Source: Lachnospiraceae bacterium
Lineage (GTDB): Bacteria; Bacillota; Clostridia; Lachnospirales; Lachnospiraceae
Direction of reading: 5' to 3'
Assembly (NCBI GenBank): GCA_045579665.1
Contig: JAZNMO010000128.1
Coordinates: forward strand, 961-64,960
Length of the DNA: 64,000 bases
Shown here: positions 8,865-19,371 of the stretch, in pieces
Numbering within the stretch: position 1 is the stretch's first letter
Layout: the number at the start of each line of letters is the position of its first letter
Notes under the pieces: model-generated
The model's input: only the letters and a program-made list of their open reading frames with translations
Database searches by the model: none
Told to the model about the DNA's origin: nothing
Translations under genes and position numbers: made by a program

Positions 8865-11800
8865 CTATTTGCTTTCTATAGCATCCTTATTCCAGTCAAG
8901 ATAATCAGGCTGTCCGAACAATCGCTTGCCTTTTACCTTTAAGATATTCAGCTTATCTTTAATCTCATTACAGAGCTTATACTGCTTGCTACGGTATGCT
9001 TCCATATACTGCTCTTTATATGCAGATGTGATATTTCTTTTAATATCCTTTGCTTCAAGACCATGCTCTGCATATTCTTTTACTACAGTATCAAACGTGC
9101 CATTCTCGACCGCTGCCACAAGGTCATCGTATCTGGAATATGATTCTCCCTCTGCATAGGTATCTTCCCTGCTCCACTTACGAAGCTCCCAGTATACATC
9201 CTCATCCGTAAAATCAGACTTATATTCCTTCAGATACTTTGATGCTTCACTATCAGATATTGTACCGTCCTTCCAGCCTTCTTTTACGGCCGCAATTAGC
9301 TTTTCAATTGCTGTCTTTTCCTTCACACCGTTATCAATCAGTTCCTGCAATTCTGTATCAATATTCTTGCCTGTTCTGACTGCCTCAGCCAATTCAGAAT
9401 ATTTGCTGTACTCCTCATTATCTGCGTTGTCCCATGCTTTGATAGTAAAATAAGCATCATCATCTCCAAGTGTATTAAGAATCTGTAATGCCTGGTCATC
9501 GGATATCTCACCGGCAATATAACTTTCTTTTAACTTGGACTTAATACCTGCTGTAATAGCACTCTTTGCTTCATCCTCTGTCTTAGTAAGTAACTGCTGT
9601 TCCAGTGCCTTGTCATACACCTTCTTGTATTCCTTGCTGTCTCCACTGGCAAGCGACTCGTACATTACCTTGTAATATGCCGACATAGAGCCTGTGTAGC
9701 CTGCATTAAAGCTTAACGGCTCGCCATTGATAAAATCCTCTAGATGCAGTCCTGCGCCATTGACAGTCTTATAAAGATTCTCAGCCGGGATACCGATTAC
9801 TGTACCGATATCAAAGATAAGACTTCTAAGATTCTTTGCACTGCTATCCTTAAAATATCGTAACGTAGAATCTAATAAATCATTCAACGAATCAGTAGGT
9901 CCTACACTAATACCATAGTAAGTATCTTTTGTAATAGCAGAATATAAGAAATTATATATTTCACTACCAAAGAGTACTGAACCACTTAAATTAGACATCA
10001 CTTCATTAAATCCTTCTTCAAGGATTCTGTCTGCGGCCAAGTCACCATCATCCCCACGATACTTATCTACTCTGTGAGTAATAGCTGCAGCCAGGAACTT
10101 CAATACAAAGATGAGTCCTGCTGCCGCAAGCTGACTGGATACAGCTCTTGCAAGTGTCTTTGCCGATTCATCTCTTGCACTCTCCAGCTTCTTTCTAACC
10201 TCATCAGTAAGATTCGTGACTTTCAGTTCCTCATTCTTAGCTCTCAGATTACCTACTGCATCGTAGATAATACCAAAGTTCTGCAAAGGCTGTGTCTTAA
10301 ACATAAATACTGCTTTATAAAGTGTATTAGGTTTTCTCAGAATATCCGGTCTCTGCATAGTTGAATAATTTGCCTGAGTATCGTCTACACATTCATTGAA
10401 TACTTTAGCCACCTGCTTATAGAACGCATCCTCTCCATGTGTCTTTACAGACATATGCATCTGCTCTTCCACAAAAATTTCACTTGCTTTCCATAAACTT
10501 CCTACAGCCTTGGTATCAATCTTTTGCAGTACGTCCATAGTATCTTTCAATCTATCCTCACCCCAGCCTGATACTTTAGCAAGAGCCTTTAAATCCTTAG
10601 AATCAAGCCATCCAGTAAGCTTAGATGCCATATTCTGGTATGCATCTCTATTCTTGCCAACATCTCCAATCTCATCAGCTCCGGTGCCTCGATTTCGGTA
10701 CCACAGCAATGGTGTGTACTTGGCTATATGGTCCATATCAAGCTTAGATGGAATATACTTCATGCCTTTGATTACAGCATCCCATCCAAGTGTAGCAGCT
10801 GCCGTAGGATAAGCTACAATCTGCTGTGCTGCTACTGACAGATTACTTGTTAATACTGCCTGTGCAAAATTACCCTGTAACTTATCAAAGAAAGTACCTT
10901 CCTGTCCTCTGTGGCTTTGGATATCAATCAAAAGATTCTCAATGTACTTCTGTCCTTCCACACCCCATTTACGAGCGATAACAGATTTGGTACTGTCTCG
11001 GTATCCAAACTTGGTTGTATTGTAAATCTTATTAAAGTTACGGATAGGAATAGCAAATCCGTAATACTTGGCCACATTCTCTGACTGTCTCTGAATCACT
11101 TTTGTAATATCCTCTAACAGAATCGGGTTTCTTGCTCCCACTCGACTGTTCAGGAATCCCATTCCTTCAATACTTCCATTTCTGACAAGTCCCTCCAGCT
11201 CTGCATGCGTGAAGTTAGAGTCTGTTCTGATAGGGAAGTACTTGTTAACGACTGCTTTCTTGTAACCGTTAAGCTGTAAGGAAACCTCATTAATCTTCTC
11301 ACCTGTGTAACGATGGAAAAACTGTTCTGATACCGCAAGGAACTGTCTTTCATACGGGGTCATTTCAGCTACGGCTTTATTAAGCTTACGGACTGCAAAA
11401 TTATACGCTTCCTGTCTCTGTGCTGGTGTAAGCGGGCCGGAAGGAATAAATCTTATCGTATGCCCTGTTGCATAAGCAGTCTTATAATCACCTCTCTGAT
11501 ATGCATTAGGCTCTGGAATCGTCAAACCACCGTATATGATATGGTCTAAGTTTGACTTATTCTGAATATGCATTGCAAGAGATACTCTGAATGCTTTCGG
11601 TACCTTAACTGGCTCTACACCATGCAAGTTGATATCCATCTCTACCCAGTCCTGCTCCAGCTGTCCTACCATGTTGCGTACAGCCTTTTGCTGCTGTCCT
11701 CCACTTAGAACTCCGTCAAACATTCTAGCTGTCTCCATAAGCACCTGCATCTGTCTATGAGAGCCTTCGTTAAGGTCCTCATACATCTGATTCAATACAG

Positions 11801-14800
11801 AATCATCCTTGTAGCCTGACATACGTCTGAACTGTCTCTTAGCATTCAATGCTGATGTATTATACTTATGTATAAGGCGATGAAAAATATCACCTTTAAC
11901 ACCTTCTGTAGCATTAATCTCATTCATACACTGTTCGGCCTGCTCGTAGATATTCTTGGCATTCTCCTTGCCAATCACAACAGCCGCATTGGTAATCTGA
12001 TGCTTAAGCTGTGATACAAGCTTGTCTACTTCGTACAACTCTTCCATGTTAAGCACTGTAATATTACGTCCGCTAAAGATAGTCTGTAAACGCCTAATCT
12101 TTCCATGAGTATGCTCATCGTACTCACTGGCAAGAACATAATCCGCATCTCCCTTCAAACGCTCATATACAAGTGCAAGATTCTGAAGATGCTCTGCAAG
12201 CTTCTGTGACTTTCCAGTATCGATATTTACAGCCTCACACAAATCAATCGTAACCATAACAAGCTGTTTCGGGATGTATTTATTCTCCTTTGGCTTTGCA
12301 AGTCTGCCCTGAAGGTCAAGCATATTCTTCTTGATACGATTTCTTACAACAGACCTCTCATTTCGCTGTGCTCTGCCTAACAAGCTTTCTCTGTGCTTTG
12401 TATTGAGAGTTGCAATCTTTTTAAGATTACTTTCCTTCATCTTCTCGATACGCTTCTCTAGCTTTACAATTTCACCATTCAAGATATCAATCGTAGCTCC
12501 TTCAGTAGTTCTCAATGCCTCATCACGTTCAAGTGTAATCTCTTTAATCTGATTCTGTAAGCGCTTAATACTTGCCTGCTGTCTAAGCTGTTCCTCTTCA
12601 AGAGCTTTCTTATACTGGTCCTTATACTCTCTCTTAACATCTTTCTTATACTCTGTGAGCTTCTTTTGCATCTGAGTGCGGATGTTATTGATAATCTCTT
12701 TGTCCTGAGAGATTACACGGAAGTAATCAGTATAAAGATTAAGAGCCATGTCATACGCAAGCTGCGAGTTATTCATCTCACTGTCAATGGATACCATGCT
12801 GTCTTTCAGCTTCATCATGAAGTCATGAAGCTCCAGCATCTGATTAGCGTCTGGTACATCATATGCAAGCATTCCACCTGAAGCATCTACAAGCTCACTC
12901 CAGATACTGTCAAGATATACACCCTTTTCACGCAACACATATTTATCCTGGTTAAGTCTGCGGAAACGGTCATAAGAATCGTATACTCTTGCAATCTCGG
13001 CTTTCTGCGACTCGTTAAGACGGATATTGTAAGACTTGATAACTTTCTTCATATCGTTATACTGCTTCTGAATATCCTTATCTACCATTTGCGACGTCGC
13101 AAGAACCGGCTTACATACCTCCTGCATTACACGAATCATATCGTTGTAATTCACGTTCTCTGACTTCTGAATATAAGCAAAGATATTGTAAATGTTCTCA
13201 GCTAATGTCTCCTCGTCAAAGGTCGCATTGTACTGATTGAGATAATGGGTTGCCAAGCTTCTTGCAACGTCCATTGTGACATTCACATCCTTAAGGCTTC
13301 CTGCTGCCTTAATTCCTTCCTTAAGGATTTTTCCAGCATCATAAATCAAACGTCCTGTGGTGCTCTCTGGTGCACTCTCGCTATCCATTAATACAGAATC
13401 GTAATCAATATCATCAGTACCATTGATGATGTCGAGGAATAAATCAAAGTCATCCTTCTCTGAGAAACGCAAGCCGATATCCTCTGAGTATGCTTTCATA
13501 GAGAATCTTGCCACAAATGGATTCTTCCAATTTTCAGCAAAGATAACCCCATTCTCTGTTTCTCTTGTCGGCATCTTATTTCTACGTTCTTCTTCGGTCA
13601 TATCCATACGTTCAGACACATCTCTTGCTTCAATCTCCCCTGCTGTCATTCGATATTTTTCCTGATTGCTTAATTCTTCCGAATCCAAATACAACCTAGC
13701 TTCAAACATTGCATCATCATACTCAGAATACAGCTCGCTATACTTATCATATAATTCCTGCTCCGCAGCTTCATATTCAGCGCCAAAATCCTCAGCTATC
13801 TGTAATCTATTGACCTTGCGAACTAAATTTTTGAACTCATCACTGCCTTTTTCAAAAGCTTCATTAGCTACACGCAAAGCATTCTCATGTTTAACCTGGT
13901 TTTTCTTGATAGATACCTCACTCCATGTATCAATATTAGCACCACCAGCAAATTTTTCTTGTGCCTGTATAGCGTGCTGAATCTCATGTAGTAACGTTCT
14001 TTTTAAAACGTGTTCTGTATATTCACCAAATAAATCTTTACTGATACCGATTTCTCCTGCAAATTCGTTAAAATATCCTCTTGCATCTAAAACATCCTTT
14101 TTATTAATTTTAATACGTCGTAAAAAAGGGTAATTCTCGTACAATTCATCATGTACTAGGTAATCCGTAAGGTGATTACATTCTCCAATATCCCCATAGG
14201 TTTCTGCCAATACTGCAAATTCTGGATTAAAAAAGTCACCTTCTACACACATTTTTTTAAACTTTTGGTATTTTTCGTTATTGCGCATCTTGGCATCGCC
14301 ATTACGATATACAATAGCCTTACTGTCATCGATTTCAAATCTCCACTTGCCATCAGCTCCTCTAAACCATCCTGTTTCATAAAATATCTTCCATTCAGGT
14401 TCATCAACATTTTCCATTGACTCAGCTCTTTCTAATGCTGATAAGTCATTCTCAGCGGCATTTACACCTTTAAATGAATGTTTGCTATTGTGGTTTTGCG
14501 AGTCATCGGCTATAATATTATTAAAGAGCTGGGTGCTCGATGCGAGACTACTGTCTTCGGTAGGAAACTCGTTTTCACCCAGCTCTTTTATTTTTGTCAC
14601 ATCATACAGTAAACTCACATTTTTAGTATTCATAATATTAATAATTCCTTCAAAAGTCCTGCTATTAACTCTGAAAAGTGTTTTATAATAATCGAATCCA
14701 CCTACAGCTTCTTCATGTTTACCTACATCATCTGTATGCTTGATAAATTCACTTACTTCTAAAAGATTATTTAATTCTGGTGAAGCTTTCATTTTTGCTT

Positions 14801-17800
14801 TCGCTGTGGCTTTATTATAATTTTTACCTGCATAACTATATTCTTTTGCAGTTCTCTTTGTTGCTACAATTGGCACACCATCTTTTTCTCCAATGATTGT
14901 TCCACTAAATTTATCCAGAATAGTCTTCTTCGCTATTTTAGCGCATTCTTCCGGTGTTTTACCTTGAAACAAATCTTGTTCCGTATCCACATCAACAAAC
15001 TTAACTCCATTTTCCAATGTTTTGATAGACAAGCGTGTTGTGCTACTTTGAGAATCATTGACGTTCGTTTTCGTTTTTACCGCCTCATACCACAACTCTC
15101 TTGCATTGGTATAAGTCTCAATGTCACTCTCCAATATCTTGCCGGCTTTACCCTTTGCCTTATAATCCTTATAGAGATTACGAAGCTTTGAGATAAAGTT
15201 ATCCAGGAAAGATACTATGCGCTGTGCAATGGTCTGATTCTCCTGTACAAATTTATTCACAAAATCTGCATCTGTAAGGAATGTTTCTGAAGCATTTGCA
15301 ACAATTTCTTCACGAATGATAGCCTCATCGTTACCATATTGATTAATGATTTCCTTGCGTAAAGCTTCATATTCCTGTGGGTGATACTCTTGAAATGCAT
15401 TTATTACATAATCCTCGTACTGCTGATACTCTGCTGATGCATTCTGTTTCAGGTCATGTGTAAGCTCATGTGCAAGCACTACCATGGATGGATTGATTGT
15501 CTGATTAGCAATATACAACTTACCATTCTCATACATACCATTAGTACCTACCATGTCTCTAAATTCAACCTCAACACCTAATGCCTTGGCAGTCATCTGT
15601 ACAAGCTCTCTCTGCTCCTGTGATGCATAAACTTTGCTTACCTCTTTTGCCTGATTCTGACCAAGAGCCCAGATAGAATATAATGTACCTTTGTCGATAA
15701 ACGCTTCAAAGTTAGCCCCCTTCTCCATACTCTGTTCAAAAGACATATCTGTATAACCACAATTATAAAATGCATTGAACGCTCTCGTGTATGTATCAAT
15801 CGGCATACCCTGTTTATAATCTGCTACAAATGCACTTGAAATTGTCTTATTAGGGATATCAGCAGCAATCTGTTCAATCCGTGTCAGTTTGTCACCGTTT
15901 TGATTCGTATACCCTGTTCTAATAAGCTGTTCTTCAAACAATCCTTTCTGGAATGCAGTAGCCTTATCACCTTTTGTCATAAGGTCCAGTGCCGTCTCTC
16001 GCACTTGCATATCATAATCCTGCAAGATACCATTTTCTTCATTTGCATTTACTGTATTTACGATACGCTGATAATCATCGGTGGTAAGATTACTTGCTTT
16101 ACCTCTGTTGGCCGTCTGAACAGCTCCCACAGAACCAAAGATACCACCGGATATTGCACCTCCAAAGAATGACTGACCAAGTCCCATGATAAAGTCCTTT
16201 GTTGCTTTCTTATCTGCCTCTGTAATACTCATTCCCTGCTTGTAATATGCATCCACTGACTGATGATACTCCGAATAAGCACCATTAATCAGATTGTCAG
16301 TAATCATATTTGCAAGGTCGGTTGCCACCTCTTCTGTACCTTCAATGCCTGCCTGTGCAAAGATATTTGCAATCATGGATTTTGTGGCCGCTTTACCCTG
16401 CTTTGTAGCGATATCCCAGAAATGGTCTAAGGATACCTTCTCAAATATCACCTCTGCTCCACCTGCAGCAAGCCCGGTCATTAATGCCTGTTCCTTGCTT
16501 GCTCCTCTCTGTGTTGCCATCTTGGCCGCTTCCGTTCCTGCATTCGTTCCCATCAGCGCAAGTGAAGCTCCTCCGCTTACTGTACTGACAGGAAGTATAG
16601 CCGCCATATCCGCAATGCTCATACCGGTCTGATATAAGAAATTAGCAACATTATTGTCAATGCCTTGCGACGTCGCATTTCTGACTGTATCGGAGTAATT
16701 AGTCAAATCATATGCCGGCGAATTCACATTGAGCGGCGCATGCTCATTCACATAGGTTAATGCATTAAGTGCTTCCGCTCCTGCTGTAATACCTCTCACA
16801 GGCGCTGTGAGGACTGTTCCTGCGTTCATAGCAGCCTTGCCGAAGAAATTAGCGTCATCGTATTTCTGCTGTGTCTCTGTAGCTCTCTGCCCTGCTCTGT
16901 CTGCATCATATGCAAAGGTATAGTACTCATATAACGAGTCAAATTCTTCCTCTGAGATACCCTGCTTTGCAAGAGCATCTTTTGCATCCTGTTCCAGTGC
17001 TTTTCTATCCTGCTCCCTTGCACGTCCGTCATACAATCCGACAAATGACATGATATCCTTCGCAGTACCCGGTCCTTCTGCTTGGAAATCTCTATATTTC
17101 TTAAATGCCTCCAATGATTCCTCATTGAGCTTTGCTAGCGCCTCACTCTGCTGTTTACCAAATAGAGCCGCCTCATAATCATGTAGAGCATTTTCTAAGC
17201 TATGCTTATCTGCCTGATACTGCGTGTCCTTACCATTAAGTGTCTTAATGCCTTTTAATGCGGTATCGTCAAGACTATGGTCTTGTAAGCCTTCCAGCTG
17301 TTCTTTTGTCTCATCAATCTTGTGCTGGATTACATCAACTGACATCCTCTCGATTGCGCTCTTACGCCTTGCATCTTCTATCGCATCCATATAGCTGTTC
17401 TTATCTTCAAAGGTATTCATATAATCAGATACCGCAGATACATTCTTACCTGCATCAACTACATTTGCAAGCGAAGCCTTCAGGGCATTTCGTGCATCTG
17501 TACCGGCATCCCCCATACTCCATGACTGACGCATTAGCTCAAAGGCTTCTCTTCTGATTGCATCCTGCTCATCCTGATACTGATAGTTGTAATCAGCCAT
17601 TTCCTGTGGTGTATACTTTCCCTCTCTAAATATTAATGACTTTCTGGCCGTATCAGCCATATTTATGTTGTTGTCGAGATGTGTATTAACCTGCTGGATA
17701 TAATTATTAGTTCTTTCTGCCTTGCGTCTCTGAAGCTCGTTATATCCTTCCGGATTGCGCTCCTTCATGTAATCAGTAAAGCGTTTGGAAGTACGTCCTG

Positions 17801-17903
17801 TACTTCCATTGCTATACTGTACTGATGGTATTACATCTTTTGTGCTCAATGTCGCTTTTTGTTCCTCTTCTCTTCTTTTTCGTCTGTAATCACTGAATTT
17901 CAT
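8865..17903 (-). CDS. 3012-aa large polyvalent (probably virion-ejected) protein with two HExxH metallopeptidase-like modules plus LPD3-like and LPD23-like modules
   Basis: AHELTH; WFRGADGKWRFEIDD..HEIQHAIQ..AGEIEARDV (LPD23-like by recall); KAKMKA..FDYYKTLF..LYDVTKIKE (LPD3-like by recall); follows head/tail genes. Confidence 0.8.
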   Translation of the reverse strand: MKFSDYRRKRREEEQKATLSTKDVIPSVQYSNGSTGRTSKRFTDYMKERNPEGYNELQRRKAERTNNYIQQVNTHLDNNINMADTARKSLIFREGKYTPQEMADYNYQYQDEQDAIRREAFELMRQSWSMGDAGTDARNALKASLANVVDAGKNVSAVSDYMNTFEDKNSYMDAIEDARRKSAIERMSVDVIQHKIDETKEQLEGLQDHSLDDTALKGIKTLNGKDTQYQADKHSLENALHDYEAALFGKQQSEALAKLNEESLEAFKKYRDFQAEGPGTAKDIMSFVGLYDGRAREQDRKALEQDAKDALAKQGISEEEFDSLYEYYTFAYDADRAGQRATETQQKYDDANFFGKAAMNAGTVLTAPVRGITAGAEALNALTYVNEHAPLNVNSPAYDLTNYSDTVRNATSQGIDNNVANFLYQTGMSIADMAAILPVSTVSGGASLALMGTNAGTEAAKMATQRGASKEQALMTGLAAGGAEVIFEKVSLDHFWDIATKQGKAATKSMIANIFAQAGIEGTEEVATDLANMITDNLINGAYSEYHQSVDAYYKQGMSITEADKKATKDFIMGLGQSFFGGAISGGIFGSVGAVQTANRGKASNLTTDDYQRIVNTVNANEENGILQDYDMQVRETALDLMTKGDKATAFQKGLFEEQLIRTGYTNQNGDKLTRIEQIAADIPNKTISSAFVADYKQGMPIDTYTRAFNAFYNCGYTDMSFEQSMEKGANFEAFIDKGTLYSIWALGQNQAKEVSKVYASQEQRELVQMTAKALGVEVEFRDMVGTNGMYENGKLYIANQTINPSMVVLAHELTHDLKQNASAEYQQYEDYVINAFQEYHPQEYEALRKEIINQYGNDEAIIREEIVANASETFLTDADFVNKFVQENQTIAQRIVSFLDNFISKLRNLYKDYKAKGKAGKILESDIETYTNARELWYEAVKTKTNVNDSQSSTTRLSIKTLENGVKFVDVDTEQDLFQGKTPEECAKIAKKTILDKFSGTIIGEKDGVPIVATKRTAKEYSYAGKNYNKATAKAKMKASPELNNLLEVSEFIKHTDDVGKHEEAVGGFDYYKTLFRVNSRTFEGIINIMNTKNVSLLYDVTKIKELGENEFPTEDSSLASSTQLFNNIIADDSQNHNSKHSFKGVNAAENDLSALERAESMENVDEPEWKIFYETGWFRGADGKWRFEIDDSKAIVYRNGDAKMRNNEKYQKFKKMCVEGDFFNPEFAVLAETYGDIGECNHLTDYLVHDELYENYPFLRRIKINKKDVLDARGYFNEFAGEIGISKDLFGEYTEHVLKRTLLHEIQHAIQAQEKFAGGANIDTWSEVSIKKNQVKHENALRVANEAFEKGSDEFKNLVRKVNRLQIAEDFGAEYEAAEQELYDKYSELYSEYDDAMFEARLYLDSEELSNQEKYRMTAGEIEARDVSERMDMTEEERRNKMPTRETENGVIFAENWKNPFVARFSMKAYSEDIGLRFSEKDDFDLFLDIINGTDDIDYDSVLMDSESAPESTTGRLIYDAGKILKEGIKAAGSLKDVNVTMDVARSLATHYLNQYNATFDEETLAENIYNIFAYIQKSENVNYNDMIRVMQEVCKPVLATSQMVDKDIQKQYNDMKKVIKSYNIRLNESQKAEIARVYDSYDRFRRLNQDKYVLREKGVYLDSIWSELVDASGGMLAYDVPDANQMLELHDFMMKLKDSMVSIDSEMNNSQLAYDMALNLYTDYFRVISQDKEIINNIRTQMQKKLTEYKKDVKREYKDQYKKALEEEQLRQQASIKRLQNQIKEITLERDEALRTTEGATIDILNGEIVKLEKRIEKMKESNLKKIATLNTKHRESLLGRAQRNERSVVRNRIKKNMLDLQGRLAKPKENKYIPKQLVMVTIDLCEAVNIDTGKSQKLAEHLQNLALVYERLKGDADYVLASEYDEHTHGKIRRLQTIFSGRNITVLNMEELYEVDKLVSQLKHQITNAAVVIGKENAKNIYEQAEQCMNEINATEGVKGDIFHRLIHKYNTSALNAKRQFRRMSGYKDDSVLNQMYEDLNEGSHRQMQVLMETARMFDGVLSGGQQQKAVRNMVGQLEQDWVEMDINLHGVEPVKVPKAFRVSLAMHIQNKSNLDHIIYGGLTIPEPNAYQRGDYKTAYATGHTIRFIPSGPLTPAQRQEAYNFAVRKLNKAVAEMTPYERQFLAVSEQFFHRYTGEKINEVSLQLNGYKKAVVNKYFPIRTDSNFTHAELEGLVRNGSIEGMGFLNSRVGARNPILLEDITKVIQRQSENVAKYYGFAIPIRNFNKIYNTTKFGYRDSTKSVIARKWGVEGQKYIENLLIDIQSHRGQEGTFFDKLQGNFAQAVLTSNLSVAAQQIVAYPTAAATLGWDAVIKGMKYIPSKLDMDHIAKYTPLLWYRNRGTGADEIGDVGKNRDAYQNMASKLTGWLDSKDLKALAKVSGWGEDRLKDTMDVLQKIDTKAVGSLWKASEIFVEEQMHMSVKTHGEDAFYKQVAKVFNECVDDTQANYSTMQRPDILRKPNTLYKAVFMFKTQPLQNFGIIYDAVGNLRAKNEELKVTNLTDEVRKKLESARDESAKTLARAVSSQLAAAGLIFVLKFLAAAITHRVDKYRGDDGDLAADRILEEGFNEVMSNLSGSVLFGSEIYNFLYSAITKDTYYGISVGPTDSLNDLLDSTLRYFKDSSAKNLRSLIFDIGTVIGIPAENLYKTVNGAGLHLEDFINGEPLSFNAGYTGSMSAYYKVMYESLASGDSKEYKKVYDKALEQQLLTKTEDEAKSAITAGIKSKLKESYIAGEISDDQALQILNTLGDDDAYFTIKAWDNADNEEYSKYSELAEAVRTGKNIDTELQELIDNGVKEKTAIEKLIAAVKEGWKDGTISDSEASKYLKEYKSDFTDEDVYWELRKWSREDTYAEGESYSRYDDLVAAVENGTFDTVVKEYAEHGLEAKDIKRNITSAYKEQYMEAYRSKQYKLCNEIKDKLNILKVKGKRLFGQPDYLDWNKDAIESK
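14488..14516 (+). promoter_or_regulatory. internal antisense sigma70-type promoter
   Basis: TTGTGG-N17-TATAAT immediately upstream of a hairpin. Confidence 0.6.
14523..14595 (+). ncRNA. putative ~70-nt structured antisense RNA at the 3' end of the LPD3-like domain
   Basis: 13-bp stem AAAGAGCTGGGTG/CACCCAGCTCTTT starting at predicted +1; inner stems CGAG/CTCG and CTACTG/CGGTAG; followed by a T-tract. Confidence 0.6.
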
Positions 17904-17912
17904 GTAATCCTC

Positions 17913-19178
17913 CTACCATCCTAAACGCTGCTTTTTTACTGCCTCATACCATGCCTGAATTTCTGCACTCTTGGCCGCTTCATCCTCCGAAGTATCCTCT
18001 ACATACTTTCCAATCTGTGCAAGATAATCTTCAATCGCTGCATAGCTGTATCCGCTTTCTATCAGTCTTCCAAGATATGCATCCAGCTCATCGCCCTCAA
18101 GGAACTGCATCTGCTCCTCAATATCATCTGTAAGCTTTTTACCGTCCGAATACTCAGATACTGCCGTACCACTCTTAGCACTTGTTTTACTTGCATTAAA
18201 GCTCTTCTCCCACTGTGCGTCTGCAATAGCATCTCTCTGCTGTTCATATTCAAACGCTTTCTGCCACTGCTCATCAGATACCGTATCCCTGCTCTTGCTA
18301 TAGTCAAAGCTCTGCTGCCACTGACTGTCACTCACTGCATCCCTGTTTTGATTGTAGTTGAATGACTGTGCCCACTGAGCATCTGCTACGGCATCTCTTT
18401 CCTTCTGATAAGCAAACTGTTCCTGATTAAACTCCTGATTCCAAAGATTATTTTGCATACTTGAAAGATAATCTCTATCATTGTAAAAATCTGATACCTG
18501 GTCTCTATAAGCTCCATAATCCTGATTGTAAAGAGTATTGTACTGGTCCATGCTAAAACTTCTGTCTGCCTGCCAATCGCTTACACTGTCACGGTGTTTT
18601 CCATATTCCCTGTCATCCTGTGCGCTCACTGCTGATAACTGGTCATACATCTTATCTGTATCCATCTGATACTTCTGCAATGCCATCTGATAAAGGTCAG
18701 GAATTTTATCATTAAGCTGTGTCAGATACTGCTGGTACGCCTGTGAGCCTGCACTTGCTCCGTAGGACGACCCGAATCCCCCTGTCAACGCACTTGTCGC
18801 CGCCTGTGTATCTAGCATGGCCTGCTTGCCTGCCTGTTCATACTGATTCTTATAATTCTGATATAGGGCATCAGCGTTGAAATCATACTTGAAATCCTTC
18901 TGCTGAAGGATATTGTCAAGAAGCGTGTTAATCTGCCCGGAATACTGACTCTGGTAATTGCTCGGCTTATTTGCATTTGTCTCCTGAAGCTGTTTGTATG
19001 CCTGCGTCACCGTATCTGATGCCTGATACTGCCCGGGTGCATTCTTATTAACTGCTCCAAGGGCTGCTGACGCCTCGCCGGATGTGGTAGGGTTTGCTGT
19101 ATTACGGTTATATACAGTCTTAGTTCCCGGAAGTTCCACACTGTCTGTTAAGGTCCTTTTCTTTTTAGTATCAGCCAT
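17913..19178 (-). CDS. putative internal virion/ejection protein with 18-aa repeats
   Basis: Q/Y-rich helical protein, GGFGSSYGASAG segment, 4x RD(A/T)(V/I)(A/S)DxQWxx(S/A)F; start MADTKK. Confidence 0.7.
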   Translation of the reverse strand: MADTKKKRTLTDSVELPGTKTVYNRNTANPTTSGEASAALGAVNKNAPGQYQASDTVTQAYKQLQETNANKPSNYQSQYSGQINTLLDNILQQKDFKYDFNADALYQNYKNQYEQAGKQAMLDTQAATSALTGGFGSSYGASAGSQAYQQYLTQLNDKIPDLYQMALQKYQMDTDKMYDQLSAVSAQDDREYGKHRDSVSDWQADRSFSMDQYNTLYNQDYGAYRDQVSDFYNDRDYLSSMQNNLWNQEFNQEQFAYQKERDAVADAQWAQSFNYNQNRDAVSDSQWQQSFDYSKSRDTVSDEQWQKAFEYEQQRDAIADAQWEKSFNASKTSAKSGTAVSEYSDGKKLTDDIEEQMQFLEGDELDAYLGRLIESGYSYAAIEDYLAQIGKYVEDTSEDEAAKSAEIQAWYEAVKKQRLGW

Positions 19179-19371
19179 TCTTACCCTCCAGTTCTGCCAC
19201 TCTGGCTTTAAGCTCTGCATTCTCTTTTCTTATGTCCTCAATCGTTGCATTCATAGTACTTAGCGTCCTTTGTAACTCATTTGCAAGTGAAAAAAGATAT
19301 GTTCTGATATTATCTAACTGCTTAGGAACAGGATACCTCTCCTGTCCTTTAATAGGTGGTATATTAATCAT
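19171..19371 (-). CDS. small coiled-coil phage protein
   Basis: 66-aa ORF overlapping both neighbours. Confidence 0.6.
   Translation of the reverse strand: MINIPPIKGQERYPVPKQLDNIRTYLFSLANELQRTLSTMNATIEDIRKENAELKARVAELEGKNG

Noticed and set aside
14523-14595. Hairpin as a tRNA, or as a terminator of the giant gene
   Set aside because: No cloverleaf, T-loop or CCA; the U-tract is on the + strand, antisense to the ORF, which reads through uninterrupted.
8865-17903. Giant ORF as a tape measure protein or virion RNA polymerase
   Set aside because: No tail tube or chaperone genes nearby and no recognisable RNAP catalytic motifs; peptidase and LPD-like modules fit a polyvalent protein.
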